A stretch of 45,421 nucleotides of DNA, from NCBI GenBank assembly GCA_040393445.1, contig JBEBUB010000001.1:1-45421 (forward strand), written 5' to 3'. Each line of letters opens with the position of its first letter. Within the stretch, counting starts at the first letter, position 1. The stretch comes from Flavobacterium beibuense. GTDB taxonomy: Bacteria > Bacteroidota > Bacteroidia > Flavobacteriales > Flavobacteriaceae. Of this stretch, positions 37,247 through 45,421 are shown piece after piece. The notes under the pieces were generated by a model. That model was not told the DNA's origin. It did no database searches and worked only from the letters and a program-made list of their open reading frames with translations. The position numbers and the translations under genes are program-made.

Positions 37247-38584
37247 TTATTTCATTCCGGGCATACCACCCATCATTCTCATTAGGTTTTTAGCACCTCC
37301 GCCTTGCATCATTTTCATCATTTTGCTCATTTGGTCGAATTGCTTCATTAGTTGGTTCACTTGCTCAATTTTAGTTCCTGAACCTTTAGCAATTCTGGTT
37401 TTTCGTTTGTGGTCTATAATAGCTGGTTTACTTCTTTCGGTTGGTGTCATTGATTGAATGATGGCCTCGATGTGTTTGAAAGCATCGTCTTCAATCTCCA
37501 CATCTTTTAGGGCTTTGCCTGCTCCGGGAATCATTCCCATCAGGTCTTTCATATTACCCATTTTTTTGATTTGTTGGATTTGAGCCAAGAAATCATCAAA
37601 ACCGAATTCATTTTTAGCAATTTTCTTTTGAAGTTTTCGTGCTTCCTCTTCATCATACTGCTCTTGAGCTCTTTCAACAAGGGAAACTACGTCACCCATA
37701 CCTAAGATACGGTCTGCCATACGAGAAGGATGGAACACATCAATAGCTTCCATTTTTTCACCCGTACCTATGAATTTAATAGGTTTGTTTACTACTGATT
37801 TAATCGAAATAGCAGCTCCACCACGAGTATCACCATCTAATTTCGTAAGTACAACTCCGTCAAAATCCAATCTATCGTTGAAGGCTTTTGCTGTGTTTAC
37901 AGCATCTTGCCCTGTCATTGAATCGACTACGAACAAGGTTTCGTTAGGTTGAATGGCTTTGTGAACGTTTGCAATTTCGTTCATCATTTGCTCATCGATA
38001 GCCAAACGACCTGCCGTATCGACAATCACTACGTTGAAACCATTAGCTTTAGCGTGTTTGATAGCGTTTTGAGCAATTTCAACTGCATTTTTGTTTTCAG
38101 GTTCAGAATATACTTCAACCCCGATTTGGTCTCCCACCACATGCAACTGATTGATCGCTGCCGGACGGTAGATATCACAAGCCACCAAAAGTGGTTTTTT
38201 AGATTTTTTAGTTTTTAGGAAATTAGCCAATTTTCCGGAGAAAGTTGTTTTACCAGAACCTTGAAGACCAGACATCAAAATCACTGTCGGATTTCCGGAA
38301 AGGTTAATACCTGTTGCCTCTCCACCCATGAGTTCGGTAAGTTCGTCTTTTACGATTTTTACCATCAACTGACCCGGTTGAAGGGTAGTCAGTACGTTCT
38401 GACCGATTGCTTTTTCTTTTACTTTATTAGTAAACTCTTTGGCAATCTTGAAGTTAACATCGGCATCAAGAAGCGCTCTACGGACTTCTTTTAGGGTTTC
38501 AGCAACGTTGATTTCGGTTATCTTTCCGTGACCTTTCAATACGTGAAAAGCCTTGTCTAATTTCTCGGTTAAATTATTGAACAT
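37247..38584 (-). CDS. ffh: signal recognition particle protein
   Basis: ALLDADV, GLQGSGKTT, DTAGR, TKLDGD.RGGAA and the Met-rich M domain. Confidence 0.97.
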   Translation of the reverse strand: MFNNLTEKLDKAFHVLKGHGKITEINVAETLKEVRRALLDADVNFKIAKEFTNKVKEKAIGQNVLTTLQPGQLMVKIVKDELTELMGGEATGINLSGNPTVILMSGLQGSGKTTFSGKLANFLKTKKSKKPLLVACDIYRPAAINQLHVVGDQIGVEVYSEPENKNAVEIAQNAIKHAKANGFNVVIVDTAGRLAIDEQMMNEIANVHKAIQPNETLFVVDSMTGQDAVNTAKAFNDRLDFDGVVLTKLDGDTRGGAAISIKSVVNKPIKFIGTGEKMEAIDVFHPSRMADRILGMGDVVSLVERAQEQYDEEEARKLQKKIAKNEFGFDDFLAQIQQIKKMGNMKDLMGMIPGAGKALKDVEIEDDAFKHIEAIIQSMTPTERSKPAIIDHKRKTRIAKGSGTKIEQVNQLMKQFDQMSKMMKMMQGGGAKNLMRMMGGMPGMK

Positions 38585-38614
38585 AAGTGTTTATGTCTTT
38601 TTTTGTTAGGTTTG

Positions 38615-38646
38615 CAAAGATACAGTTTTTCGGTTTGAAAATCAAA
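38615..38646 (-). promoter_or_regulatory. sigma-A promoter of ffh-DUF417-folD
   Basis: TTTG (38646-43) - 20 nt - TATCTTTG (38622-15). Confidence 0.75.
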
Positions 38647-38709
38647 AGCAAAGAAGTGGCTCCCTGAAAAAATAGGGTTCTTCACAAAAAAATATAATCA
38701 CTTAAAAAA

Positions 38710-40314
38710 TTATTCTACGCTAGCTATAGATTGCTTTTCTAAGTATTCAATAAATGTAGAGGGAGAAAATCCGGTTACTGATTTGAAAATGGAAGAAAAT
38801 TTACTGTGAGATGAAAAACCACATTCTTCTGCCAGATAGCTGAATTTGTAGTTTCTGTATTCTTTATTGGTCTCTAATTTTTGGATAATATAACCAATAC
38901 GCAATTCGTTGATATAGGTGCTGAAATCTGTTTGATAATACTTATTCAGAATAAAGGTAAGATACTTTGTATTCGTCCCCAAAAGGGTAGCAAGATTTGC
39001 TAATGAGAATGAATTTTGTAAAAAACCAAGATTTTGTTCAAACTCCTTCAAGCCTTCTATAATTCTAATTTCGGTATCTTTAGAAATTTGAAGTTCTTTA
39101 CTTTTTGAGCTTTTGTTTTCCGAATTTTGAACTTCATTTTTTCCTTCTTGAATCAAAATATCGACTTGTTGTTCCTGAAGAGCAATTTTTTGTTTCAGCT
39201 CACTAAGCACTTCGTTGAATCGCTGGAGGTCTCTTTTCTTTTTTCTATTGTATGCTATAATTAAAGCTATTATCAGTAATACAAGGGTTATCGATAACCC
39301 TAGCAACATATTGCGATAGTCAAAAAGATTTTGATTCTCTTCTTTAAGAAATTTTACAAAATCTTCTATAGCAGCCTTTTTGTCTTGTTCATAAAAATTA
39401 AAAACTTCTATGTATTTATCTTTATATAAAGAAGATTTTTCGTGGTTGTTAACCGCTTTATAATAATCTGAAAGAGTTTCATATACGTTAGTTTTTAGCC
39501 CGATATAATCCGAATTTTCAGCTATTTCTTCAGCTTTGATTAAATATTCTTTAGCTAAATCATACTCTTTTTCTTCTAGATAGATATAACCTAATCCGTG
39601 ATATATATCTCCAATAATTCCAGCATTGGGCTCAACGGCATTACTGAGAAGTTTCAATGCTCGATTATAGTGTATTGTAGCCTCATCATATTGCTTAAGT
39701 TTTCGAAGAGTTTTTCCGTAGAGTTCTGCATTGGTTCCTAAAAAAAAGTCTTTTCGAGGGCCGTCAGTAGCTTTGCTTAAGTACTTTTCTGATTCTGAGG
39801 CAAAATTTTTAGCTTCGGAATAATTCTCAGCAGCTGATTCATAAAGGGCTTTTTCCTGATATGCTAAACCTAACAAGGTGTTTTTTCGATCATCGTCATT
39901 AACATTGTTCGAAGCTTTCAGAGCTTTCTCTAAATAAATTCTACCTTCTTCTATCAATCCAAGTATTCGATATTGTCCTGATAAAAAGCCATAAATTTGG
40001 GCTTCTAAAACATAGAATTTCTCTCCGGAGATCATCTCTCCTGCCTGTTGAGCGTATATTATGGCTTGCTTTCTTTGGCCTTTTCGTTGGTGCAGTTCTG
40101 AAGAAAGCATCAAAGCGTTAGCCTTGTACTTTTTTGTTGTCGAAATGCTATAAAGAGAATCTGCTATTTGTATTGCTTTATCAAAATCTTTGGCAGATAC
40201 ATTGACAATAGCATCAAAGCGAATGCTGTCAAACTTTTTTCTAAACTCTTCTGTCTCTTGGGCTGTTGTCGAGAAGTAAAATAAAATACAAAGAAATGTA
40301 AATAAACGTTTCAT
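38710..40314 (-). CDS. membrane-spanning TPR-AraC transcriptional regulator
   Basis: Signal peptide MKRLFT..TTA-QE (start 40314 or 40323), TPR-like repeats, one TM followed by NRKKKR, and an AraC HTH (LAEECGFSSHSKFSSIFKSVTGFSPS). Confidence 0.85.
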   Translation of the reverse strand: MKRLFTFLCILFYFSTTAQETEEFRKKFDSIRFDAIVNVSAKDFDKAIQIADSLYSISTTKKYKANALMLSSELHQRKGQRKQAIIYAQQAGEMISGEKFYVLEAQIYGFLSGQYRILGLIEEGRIYLEKALKASNNVNDDDRKNTLLGLAYQEKALYESAAENYSEAKNFASESEKYLSKATDGPRKDFFLGTNAELYGKTLRKLKQYDEATIHYNRALKLLSNAVEPNAGIIGDIYHGLGYIYLEEKEYDLAKEYLIKAEEIAENSDYIGLKTNVYETLSDYYKAVNNHEKSSLYKDKYIEVFNFYEQDKKAAIEDFVKFLKEENQNLFDYRNMLLGLSITLVLLIIALIIAYNRKKKRDLQRFNEVLSELKQKIALQEQQVDILIQEGKNEVQNSENKSSKSKELQISKDTEIRIIEGLKEFEQNLGFLQNSFSLANLATLLGTNTKYLTFILNKYYQTDFSTYINELRIGYIIQKLETNKEYRNYKFSYLAEECGFSSHSKFSSIFKSVTGFSPSTFIEYLEKQSIASVE

Positions 40315-40454
40315 AAGCCTCATGTTGGTTAGTAATCGGGTGGTCTTATTGGCTTGTATTAATGTATTGTAAATATAATAAGTTTTTAAAAAAAACTTAA
40401 ATACAGACATACCCAAATATACAACATTCAGGAAGTTTATCCACAAATAAAAGT

Positions 40455-41402
40455 TTATTTTTTTTCTTTTAAATTCTCAAGCATCACACGAGTCATTTTA
40501 TCCATGTCGAACTCGTGTTGCCAACCCCAATCTTCTCTTGCTCTGCTGTCATCTATGCTTGACGGCCAGCTGTCTGCAATTTTTTGTCTGAAATCAGGTT
40601 TGTAGGTAATGGTGAAATCAGGAATGTGTTTTTTGATTTCGGCTGCAATTTCTTTAGGAGTGAAACTAATAGCCGAAAGGTTATAGGAAGAGCGAATTTT
40701 AATCGATTCTTTTGGCGCTTGCATGATTTGGATGGTTGCTCTAATAGCATCATCCATATACATCATTGGGAGTCCTGTATTTTCTGAAAGGAAGCACTCA
40801 TAACTAGCATTTTCTAAGGCTTTGTAATAAATGTCAACTGCATAATCTGTGGTTCCGCCTCCCGGAGGAGTTGTCCAACTGATAAGTCCAGGGTAACGGA
40901 TACTTCTTACATCAACTCCGTAAATGTTGTGGTAATATTCACACCATCTTTCACCTGATTGTTTACTGATTCCGTAAACGGTTGAAGGTTCCATAATGGT
41001 GAATTGCGGTGTATTTTCTTTTGGTGTCGTAGGGCCGAAAACTGCTATACTCGATGGCCAAAATATCTTTTGAATTTTCCCTTCTTTGGCTAAGTTAAGC
41101 ACATGGAAAAGGGAATTCATATTCAGATCCCAAGCGAAGGCAGGGTTTTTTTCAGCTGTAGCCGAAAGCAAAGCAGCCATCAGATATACATCTGTAATCT
41201 CATATTTTTCGACTAATTCTTGGATTTGGTTGAAATCGAGAGCGTTTACTACTTCAAAGATTCCGTCATTCACAACAGAATTATTTAGTTTTCTAACGTC
41301 TGATGCTACAACATTTTCAACTCCGTAGATTTTTCTGAGGTTTTGAGTAAGCTCTGTTCCGATTTGCCCACAGGCTCCTATGATAAGAATTTTTGTTTTC
41401 AT
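40455..41402 (-). CDS. tdh: L-threonine 3-dehydrogenase (SDR/GalE-like type)
   Basis: GACGQIG, AALLSATAE, PSSIAVFG, YGISK and GGGTTDY motifs. Confidence 0.85.
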   Translation of the reverse strand: MKTKILIIGACGQIGTELTQNLRKIYGVENVVASDVRKLNNSVVNDGIFEVVNALDFNQIQELVEKYEITDVYLMAALLSATAEKNPAFAWDLNMNSLFHVLNLAKEGKIQKIFWPSSIAVFGPTTPKENTPQFTIMEPSTVYGISKQSGERWCEYYHNIYGVDVRSIRYPGLISWTTPPGGGTTDYAVDIYYKALENASYECFLSENTGLPMMYMDDAIRATIQIMQAPKESIKIRSSYNLSAISFTPKEIAAEIKKHIPDFTITYKPDFRQKIADSWPSSIDDSRAREDWGWQHEFDMDKMTRVMLENLKEKK

Positions 41403-41419
41403 AATTAAAAAAATACACG

Positions 41420-41427
41420 CAAAGTTA
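41420..41427 (-). promoter_or_regulatory. -7 promoter element of tdh
   Basis: TAACTTTG 18 nt before the ATG. Confidence 0.6.
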
Positions 41428-41484
41428 CTCTTTTTTGGCGAAGAATTAGCGGTTTTTGAGGAGTTATTTCTTGCTCAAACTTAC

Positions 41485-43140
41485 TTAGTGAGAGCCTTCG
41501 GTTTCAATTTGGTCGATATCAATATTTTGTTTTTTCAAAATTGGTTTTACCAAAATAGCGAACAAAGCCAAATAGCTAAAACAAATCACAGCCATGATAT
41601 ACGACTGATGAATCCCGATGATATCAGCTAATTTTCCCTGAATAGGAGGGATGATTCCACCACCTAAAATCATCATTACCAAAAAGGCCGAACCTTGAGA
41701 AGTGTATTTACCCAGACCAATAAGCGAAAGACTAAAAATAGAAGGCCACATAATACTACAAGCCAGACCTCCGGTTAAAAAAGCATAAATGGCTACTGTT
41801 CCGTCTGTCATAAGTCCGGTAAGCATAGCAGCTATACCTAAAATTGCGAAAATAAAAAGTGTTTTTGCTGGTTTGTCTTTAGCAACAAAAAAGGCAATAA
41901 TCTGAACTGCAATACACAAAACGTAGTAGTATAAAGGCGACATATCATTCCCCGAAAGGGTGTTTACACCTAAAATCACTCCAAAAGCAATAAGCGGAAC
42001 TACTACCAAAGCAATGGCTTTTTTCCCTTTTGTTAGGTTAAATACAGAAATCGCTCCTGCCCAACGACCAATCATCAAACTTCCCCAATACATAGAGATG
42101 TATTTAGCCGTTTCAGAAACTTCCATAGAACCGAATTCTTCCTGTTGCAGCAGTTCTCCAAGGTTACTTCCCACAGCTACTTCTACGCCTACATACACAA
42201 AAATAGCCAGCATACCCAAAACTAATTGCGGATATTGCATTGCTCCCCAACCTGATTTGTCTTGTTTAGCTTTTAGATTTGCAAAAAGTAATCCTCCAAC
42301 AACTACCAATAAAGCTCCCAAAAGCCAATACATACGGTATTTTTCTAGGCTGTGCATTTGCTCTTCGGTAAAGGTTGAAAAATCGTTTTGATAGGTTTGG
42401 AAAACTGGAGCAAAACATACGACAAGTAGTATGGTCATAACAATGAGCGTAGTCAAGGCTTTGCCTGATTTTTCTACACTTTCGTCAGAAATGCCACTTG
42501 GTAGTTTTTTAGAGAAATAAAAAATTGAGGCCGCTATCAAGAACAAAATACCCACACCTGTATAGAGCCAAATTACTTTGTCAAGTTCCATGTTTCTGAT
42601 TTGTTCATCAGTGACGGCTGCTGTGGTTCCGAAAAGAGCAAAGCCAACAATAATGGGTCCGATAGTGGTTCCGAAAGAGTTAATTCCACCACCAAGATTC
42701 ACTCTACTAGCACCTGTTTTTGGGTCACCCAACAGAATAGCAAACGGATTGGCAGCTGTTTGTTGAAGCGAAAAGCCCAAAGCAACAATAAACAACCCGA
42801 CTAACATGGCTGTATAAATATTGGCTTTTACAGCAATAATCATAGCTGCAGCACCAAGGGCTGAAAACAAAAGTCCATAAACAATGCTCTTTTTGTAGCC
42901 CCATTTCCCGACAATGTCTTTACCCCGAAGTGTACCTAAGGCAAATAAAACCAAAGCTCCTATATAATAAGCGGTATAAAAAGCAAAGTCGATAAGTTGT
43001 GATTGAAATTGGTCTAAGTGAAAGTATTCTTTACAAAACGGAATAAAAATACTGTTTCCGGCTGCTATGAATCCCCAAAAGAAGAAAACGATGATGAGGG
43101 TGTAAAGAGCAGAGTAATTGGTTTTGATAGGTGTATTCAT
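41485..43140 (-). CDS. MFS sugar transporter, FucP/GluP (FHS) family, enlarged
   Basis: FFFWGF, GYK....[22 protein letters not shown] and GGGIIP motifs. Confidence 0.85.
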   Translation of the reverse strand: MNTPIKTNYSALYTLIIVFFFWGFIAAGNSIFIPFCKEYFHLDQFQSQLIDFAFYTAYYIGALVLFALGTLRGKDIVGKWGYKKSIVYGLLFSALGAAAMIIAVKANIYTAMLVGLFIVALGFSLQQTAANPFAILLGDPKTGASRVNLGGGINSFGTTIGPIIVGFALFGTTAAVTDEQIRNMELDKVIWLYTGVGILFLIAASIFYFSKKLPSGISDESVEKSGKALTTLIVMTILLVVCFAPVFQTYQNDFSTFTEEQMHSLEKYRMYWLLGALLVVVGGLLFANLKAKQDKSGWGAMQYPQLVLGMLAIFVYVGVEVAVGSNLGELLQQEEFGSMEVSETAKYISMYWGSLMIGRWAGAISVFNLTKGKKAIALVVVPLIAFGVILGVNTLSGNDMSPLYYYVLCIAVQIIAFFVAKDKPAKTLFIFAILGIAAMLTGLMTDGTVAIYAFLTGGLACSIMWPSIFSLSLIGLGKYTSQGSAFLVMMILGGGIIPPIQGKLADIIGIHQSYIMAVICFSYLALFAILVKPILKKQNIDIDQIETEGSH

Positions 43141-43306
43141 CTTATAATACTTTTAGCCTGCTAAAAGTACTATTATTTTTTTACGAAATGAAAAAATGGT
43201 TGTTTTTTGTTGGAGTGTAATGGGAGCTGTTTTTATTTATGCCGGAGGTGATGTGATTATCGCTAAAATCTTTAGCGTTTGGGGTGGTAGGAAGGGGGAA
43301 GTAAAC

Positions 43307-43338
43307 AAAAAAGGGAAGTAACAGTGTTACTTCCCTTT
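43307..43338 (-). terminator. intrinsic terminator of the OmpA/MotB gene
   Basis: AAAGGGAAGTAAC-AGT-GTTACTTCCCTTT 13-bp stem with a U tail on the minus strand. Confidence 0.88.
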
Positions 43339-43368
43339 CTTAAAATCACAATTATTACTATGAAAAAA

Positions 43369-44211
43369 TTATTTCCCGCTAAGGGTTTTCATTTCTTTTT
43401 CGATCATGTCATAGAACTGGTCGATTTTAGGCAATACTAAAACTCTTGTTCTACGGTTTGTAGCACGATTTTCTGATGTTGTGTTGTCAACCAAAGGCAC
43501 ATATTCTCCTCTTCCTGCTGCAATAAGTTGTGATGGTTTTACACCCAAATCTTGCAACACTCTCACGATTGAAGTCGAACGTTTTACACTCAAATCCCAG
43601 TTGTCAAGCAAAACTCCATTGCTAGAACGATAAGGAACGTTGTCTGTGTGACCTTCAACCATACACTCAAAATCAGGTTTTGAGTTTACGACTTTAGCAA
43701 CTTTAGCCAATACAGCTCTTGCTTTGTCGCTCACTTCGTAGCTTCCGGTTTTGAATAGCATTTTATCTGCAATAGAGATGAATACTACTCCTTTTTCTAC
43801 ATTGATTTGAATATCCGGATCATCAAATCCTACTTCTTTTTTCAAAGAACTTACTAGGGCTAATGTCACAGAGTCTTTCTTAGTTAAAGCATCTTGAAGA
43901 CGAGAAATTTTAATGTCTTTCTCTCTCATGCTTTCTAGAGATTTCTCTAGGTTTTCAGCACCTTTGGCAGTAAGCACAGTGATGTTATCTTTATCTCTTT
44001 TTAAATCTGCATTAGCTTCACGTAACAAACTAATTTGAGAGTTCAATCCGTCTTTTTCAGCCAAACAAGTGTTTAGTTTTACTGTTGCTGAATTTAACAA
44101 GTCTTGAATTTCTTTGTTTTTGTTTTCGAGTTCAGCAATTTTCTTTTTAGAATTACACGAAGTCAGGGTAAGCATCCCCAACACAGAGCATAATAGAACG
44201 ACTTTTTTCAT
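43369..44211 (-). CDS. OmpA/MotB-domain lipoprotein with coiled coil
   Basis: Lipobox LTSC (start moved to 44211), coiled coil, then LF..GS, VEGHTD, NWDLS.KR and NRR. Confidence 0.88.
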   Translation of the reverse strand: MKKVVLLCSVLGMLTLTSCNSKKKIAELENKNKEIQDLLNSATVKLNTCLAEKDGLNSQISLLREANADLKRDKDNITVLTAKGAENLEKSLESMREKDIKISRLQDALTKKDSVTLALVSSLKKEVGFDDPDIQINVEKGVVFISIADKMLFKTGSYEVSDKARAVLAKVAKVVNSKPDFECMVEGHTDNVPYRSSNGVLLDNWDLSVKRSTSIVRVLQDLGVKPSQLIAAGRGEYVPLVDNTTSENRATNRRTRVLVLPKIDQFYDMIEKEMKTLSGK

Positions 44212-44235
44212 AACTTTTAATTTTTTTGATTTATG

Positions 44236-44243
44236 CAAAGGTA
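44236..44243 (-). promoter_or_regulatory. -7 promoter element of the OmpA/MotB gene
   Basis: TACCTTTG 25 nt before ATG 44211. Confidence 0.6.
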
Positions 44244-44351
44244 GAAATAAAAGACCGTTCGATATATTAAAAACTTATTAAAAATTAGCGATTTTTCGAT
44301 TATTTTCCTAGTAACAGTTTGGTTTGTAATAATTGCTGTAAAATTGCTAAA

Positions 44352-45353
44352 TTATTTATTTTTCTGTACCGTAAAAGCCCTCTTACCCTTTATAAAATAC
44401 TCAAAAACGATACTTTTTGTGTAATAATAATCGGCTTTTTGGTTGTCTTTTCGCTTGGCTAAGGTCTTATTGAGATTTGCATACATCGCAAAGTGCGATT
44501 TAATGATAGCCCAAACGTGTTTAGGCTTGCCTTGAAGCATAAAGAAAACCCCTGCAATTCCGTCAAGACAAAGACGAATGAAAACCCCTCCGAACAATCC
44601 TTTTTTCGGATGGTTTTTAAGTAGTGAAAAGAGCGAATTACGGAAATTCAGAAAGGTTTTTTGAGGCGAACCTTCTTTTAGGGTGGCGCCACCCACATGA
44701 TAAACCATAGAATCCGGAGTGTATTTAATCTTTAGATTCTCATTTTGAATCCTCCAACACAAATCAATTTCTTCTTGGTGAGCAAAAAAGTCTTCATCGA
44801 AGCCACCGAGCTGTTCAAAAACTGATTTTCGGATAAAAAGACAAGCTCCCGAAGCCCAGAAAATATCTTCTATTTGTTCGTATTGTCCGTTATCTTTTTC
44901 CAAAGTTGAAAAAATACGGCCTCTACAAAACGGAAAACCGTATTTGTCAATAAAGCCTCCGGCTGCTCCGGCATATTCAAAAAAACTTTTGTTTTTGTAA
45001 TCTAATAACTTGGGTTGTATGGCGGCAATTTGTGAATCGCTTTCGAAGAGTTCGAGTGGAGATTTAAGCCAATTTTCGGTTACTTCAACATCAGAATTCA
45101 ACAATACCCAATAGGGTTCGCTCACGCTTTTCAAAGCTTCGTTATAGCCTTTGGCATAACCGTAATTGTCTTGATTTCGGATGATTTTTACTTGAGGATA
45201 TTCTCTTTCTAGAAAAGCAACAGAGTCATCGGTGGATGCGTTATCGGCTACATACACTTGAGCTTCCTCAGAATAAGCCATAACCGATGGCAAAAACTTT
45301 TCAAGCAAAGCTTTTCCGTTCCAATTTAGTATAACAACTGCAAATTTCATCAT
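44352..45353 (-). CDS. glycosyltransferase family 2
   Basis: VVILNWNG, VADNAS.D.S, LLNSD, WASGAC, GGFDEDFFAHQEEID and HVGG motifs. Confidence 0.92.
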   Translation of the reverse strand: MMKFAVVILNWNGKALLEKFLPSVMAYSEEAQVYVADNASTDDSVAFLEREYPQVKIIRNQDNYGYAKGYNEALKSVSEPYWVLLNSDVEVTENWLKSPLELFESDSQIAAIQPKLLDYKNKSFFEYAGAAGGFIDKYGFPFCRGRIFSTLEKDNGQYEQIEDIFWASGACLFIRKSVFEQLGGFDEDFFAHQEEIDLCWRIQNENLKIKYTPDSMVYHVGGATLKEGSPQKTFLNFRNSLFSLLKNHPKKGLFGGVFIRLCLDGIAGVFFMLQGKPKHVWAIIKSHFAMYANLNKTLAKRKDNQKADYYYTKSIVFEYFIKGKRAFTVQKNK

Positions 45354-45359
45354 AGGTTT

Positions 45360-45421
45360 TTACAGTATTTTATACAAAACGGGTTTGCTTGGTGTAGCAT
45401 CATTCTCGAAAGAAGCGATTT
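45360..45421 (-). CDS. probable 3' end of an upstream gene cut by the window edge
   Basis: Open frame ...IASFENDATPSKPVLYKIL-stop ends 6 nt before the GT2 start; the frame is not certain. Confidence 0.35.
   Translation of the reverse strand, partial: IASFENDATPSKPVLYKIL

Noticed and set aside
43369-44211. Flagellar motB
   Set aside because: It is a lipoprotein lacking the MotB TM Asp and has no motA; only the peptidoglycan-binding domain is shared.

Overview
AT-rich chromosomal segment of a Bacteroidota bacterium, very probably Flavobacteriaceae (Flavobacterium-like). This is inferred from TAnnTTTG (-7) promoter elements, the absence of Shine-Dalgarno motifs and the gene content. It is mostly core genome: a partial tRNA-His, bshB1, menF/menI-like genes, OmpA, scoAB, manC, dedA, surE, prc, a LolC/E-type permease and a SPOR protein. 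The complete alternative complex III operon (actABCDEF) follows, with cytochrome aa3 oxidase subunits II and I. After it come ChaN, DUF983, an ABC-F ATPase, an orphan family-5 solute-binding protein, DoxX, a copper locus (CxxC-AraC regulator, copA, copZ), trhO, an acyl-CoA thioesterase, folD, a DUF417/RclC gene, ffh, a TPR-TM-AraC regulator, threonine dehydrogenase, a FucP-like MFS transporter, an OmpA/MotB lipoprotein and a GT2. I see no transposase, integrase, prophage, CRISPR array or recognisable defence island, so I cannot claim a new multi-gene system. The best leads are: an HMA-AraC copper regulator with a candidate 21-bp-period operator before copA; a TrhO carrying a U32/TrhP-like C-terminal domain; a 52-aa putative beta-hairpin inserted into an OmpA surface loop; a Fur-box-like palindrome upstream of the ACIII-aa3 operon; non-canonical residues in CoxB; and an MFS transporter with about 16 TM helices. 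All family assignments come from motif recognition by eye, not from database searches.
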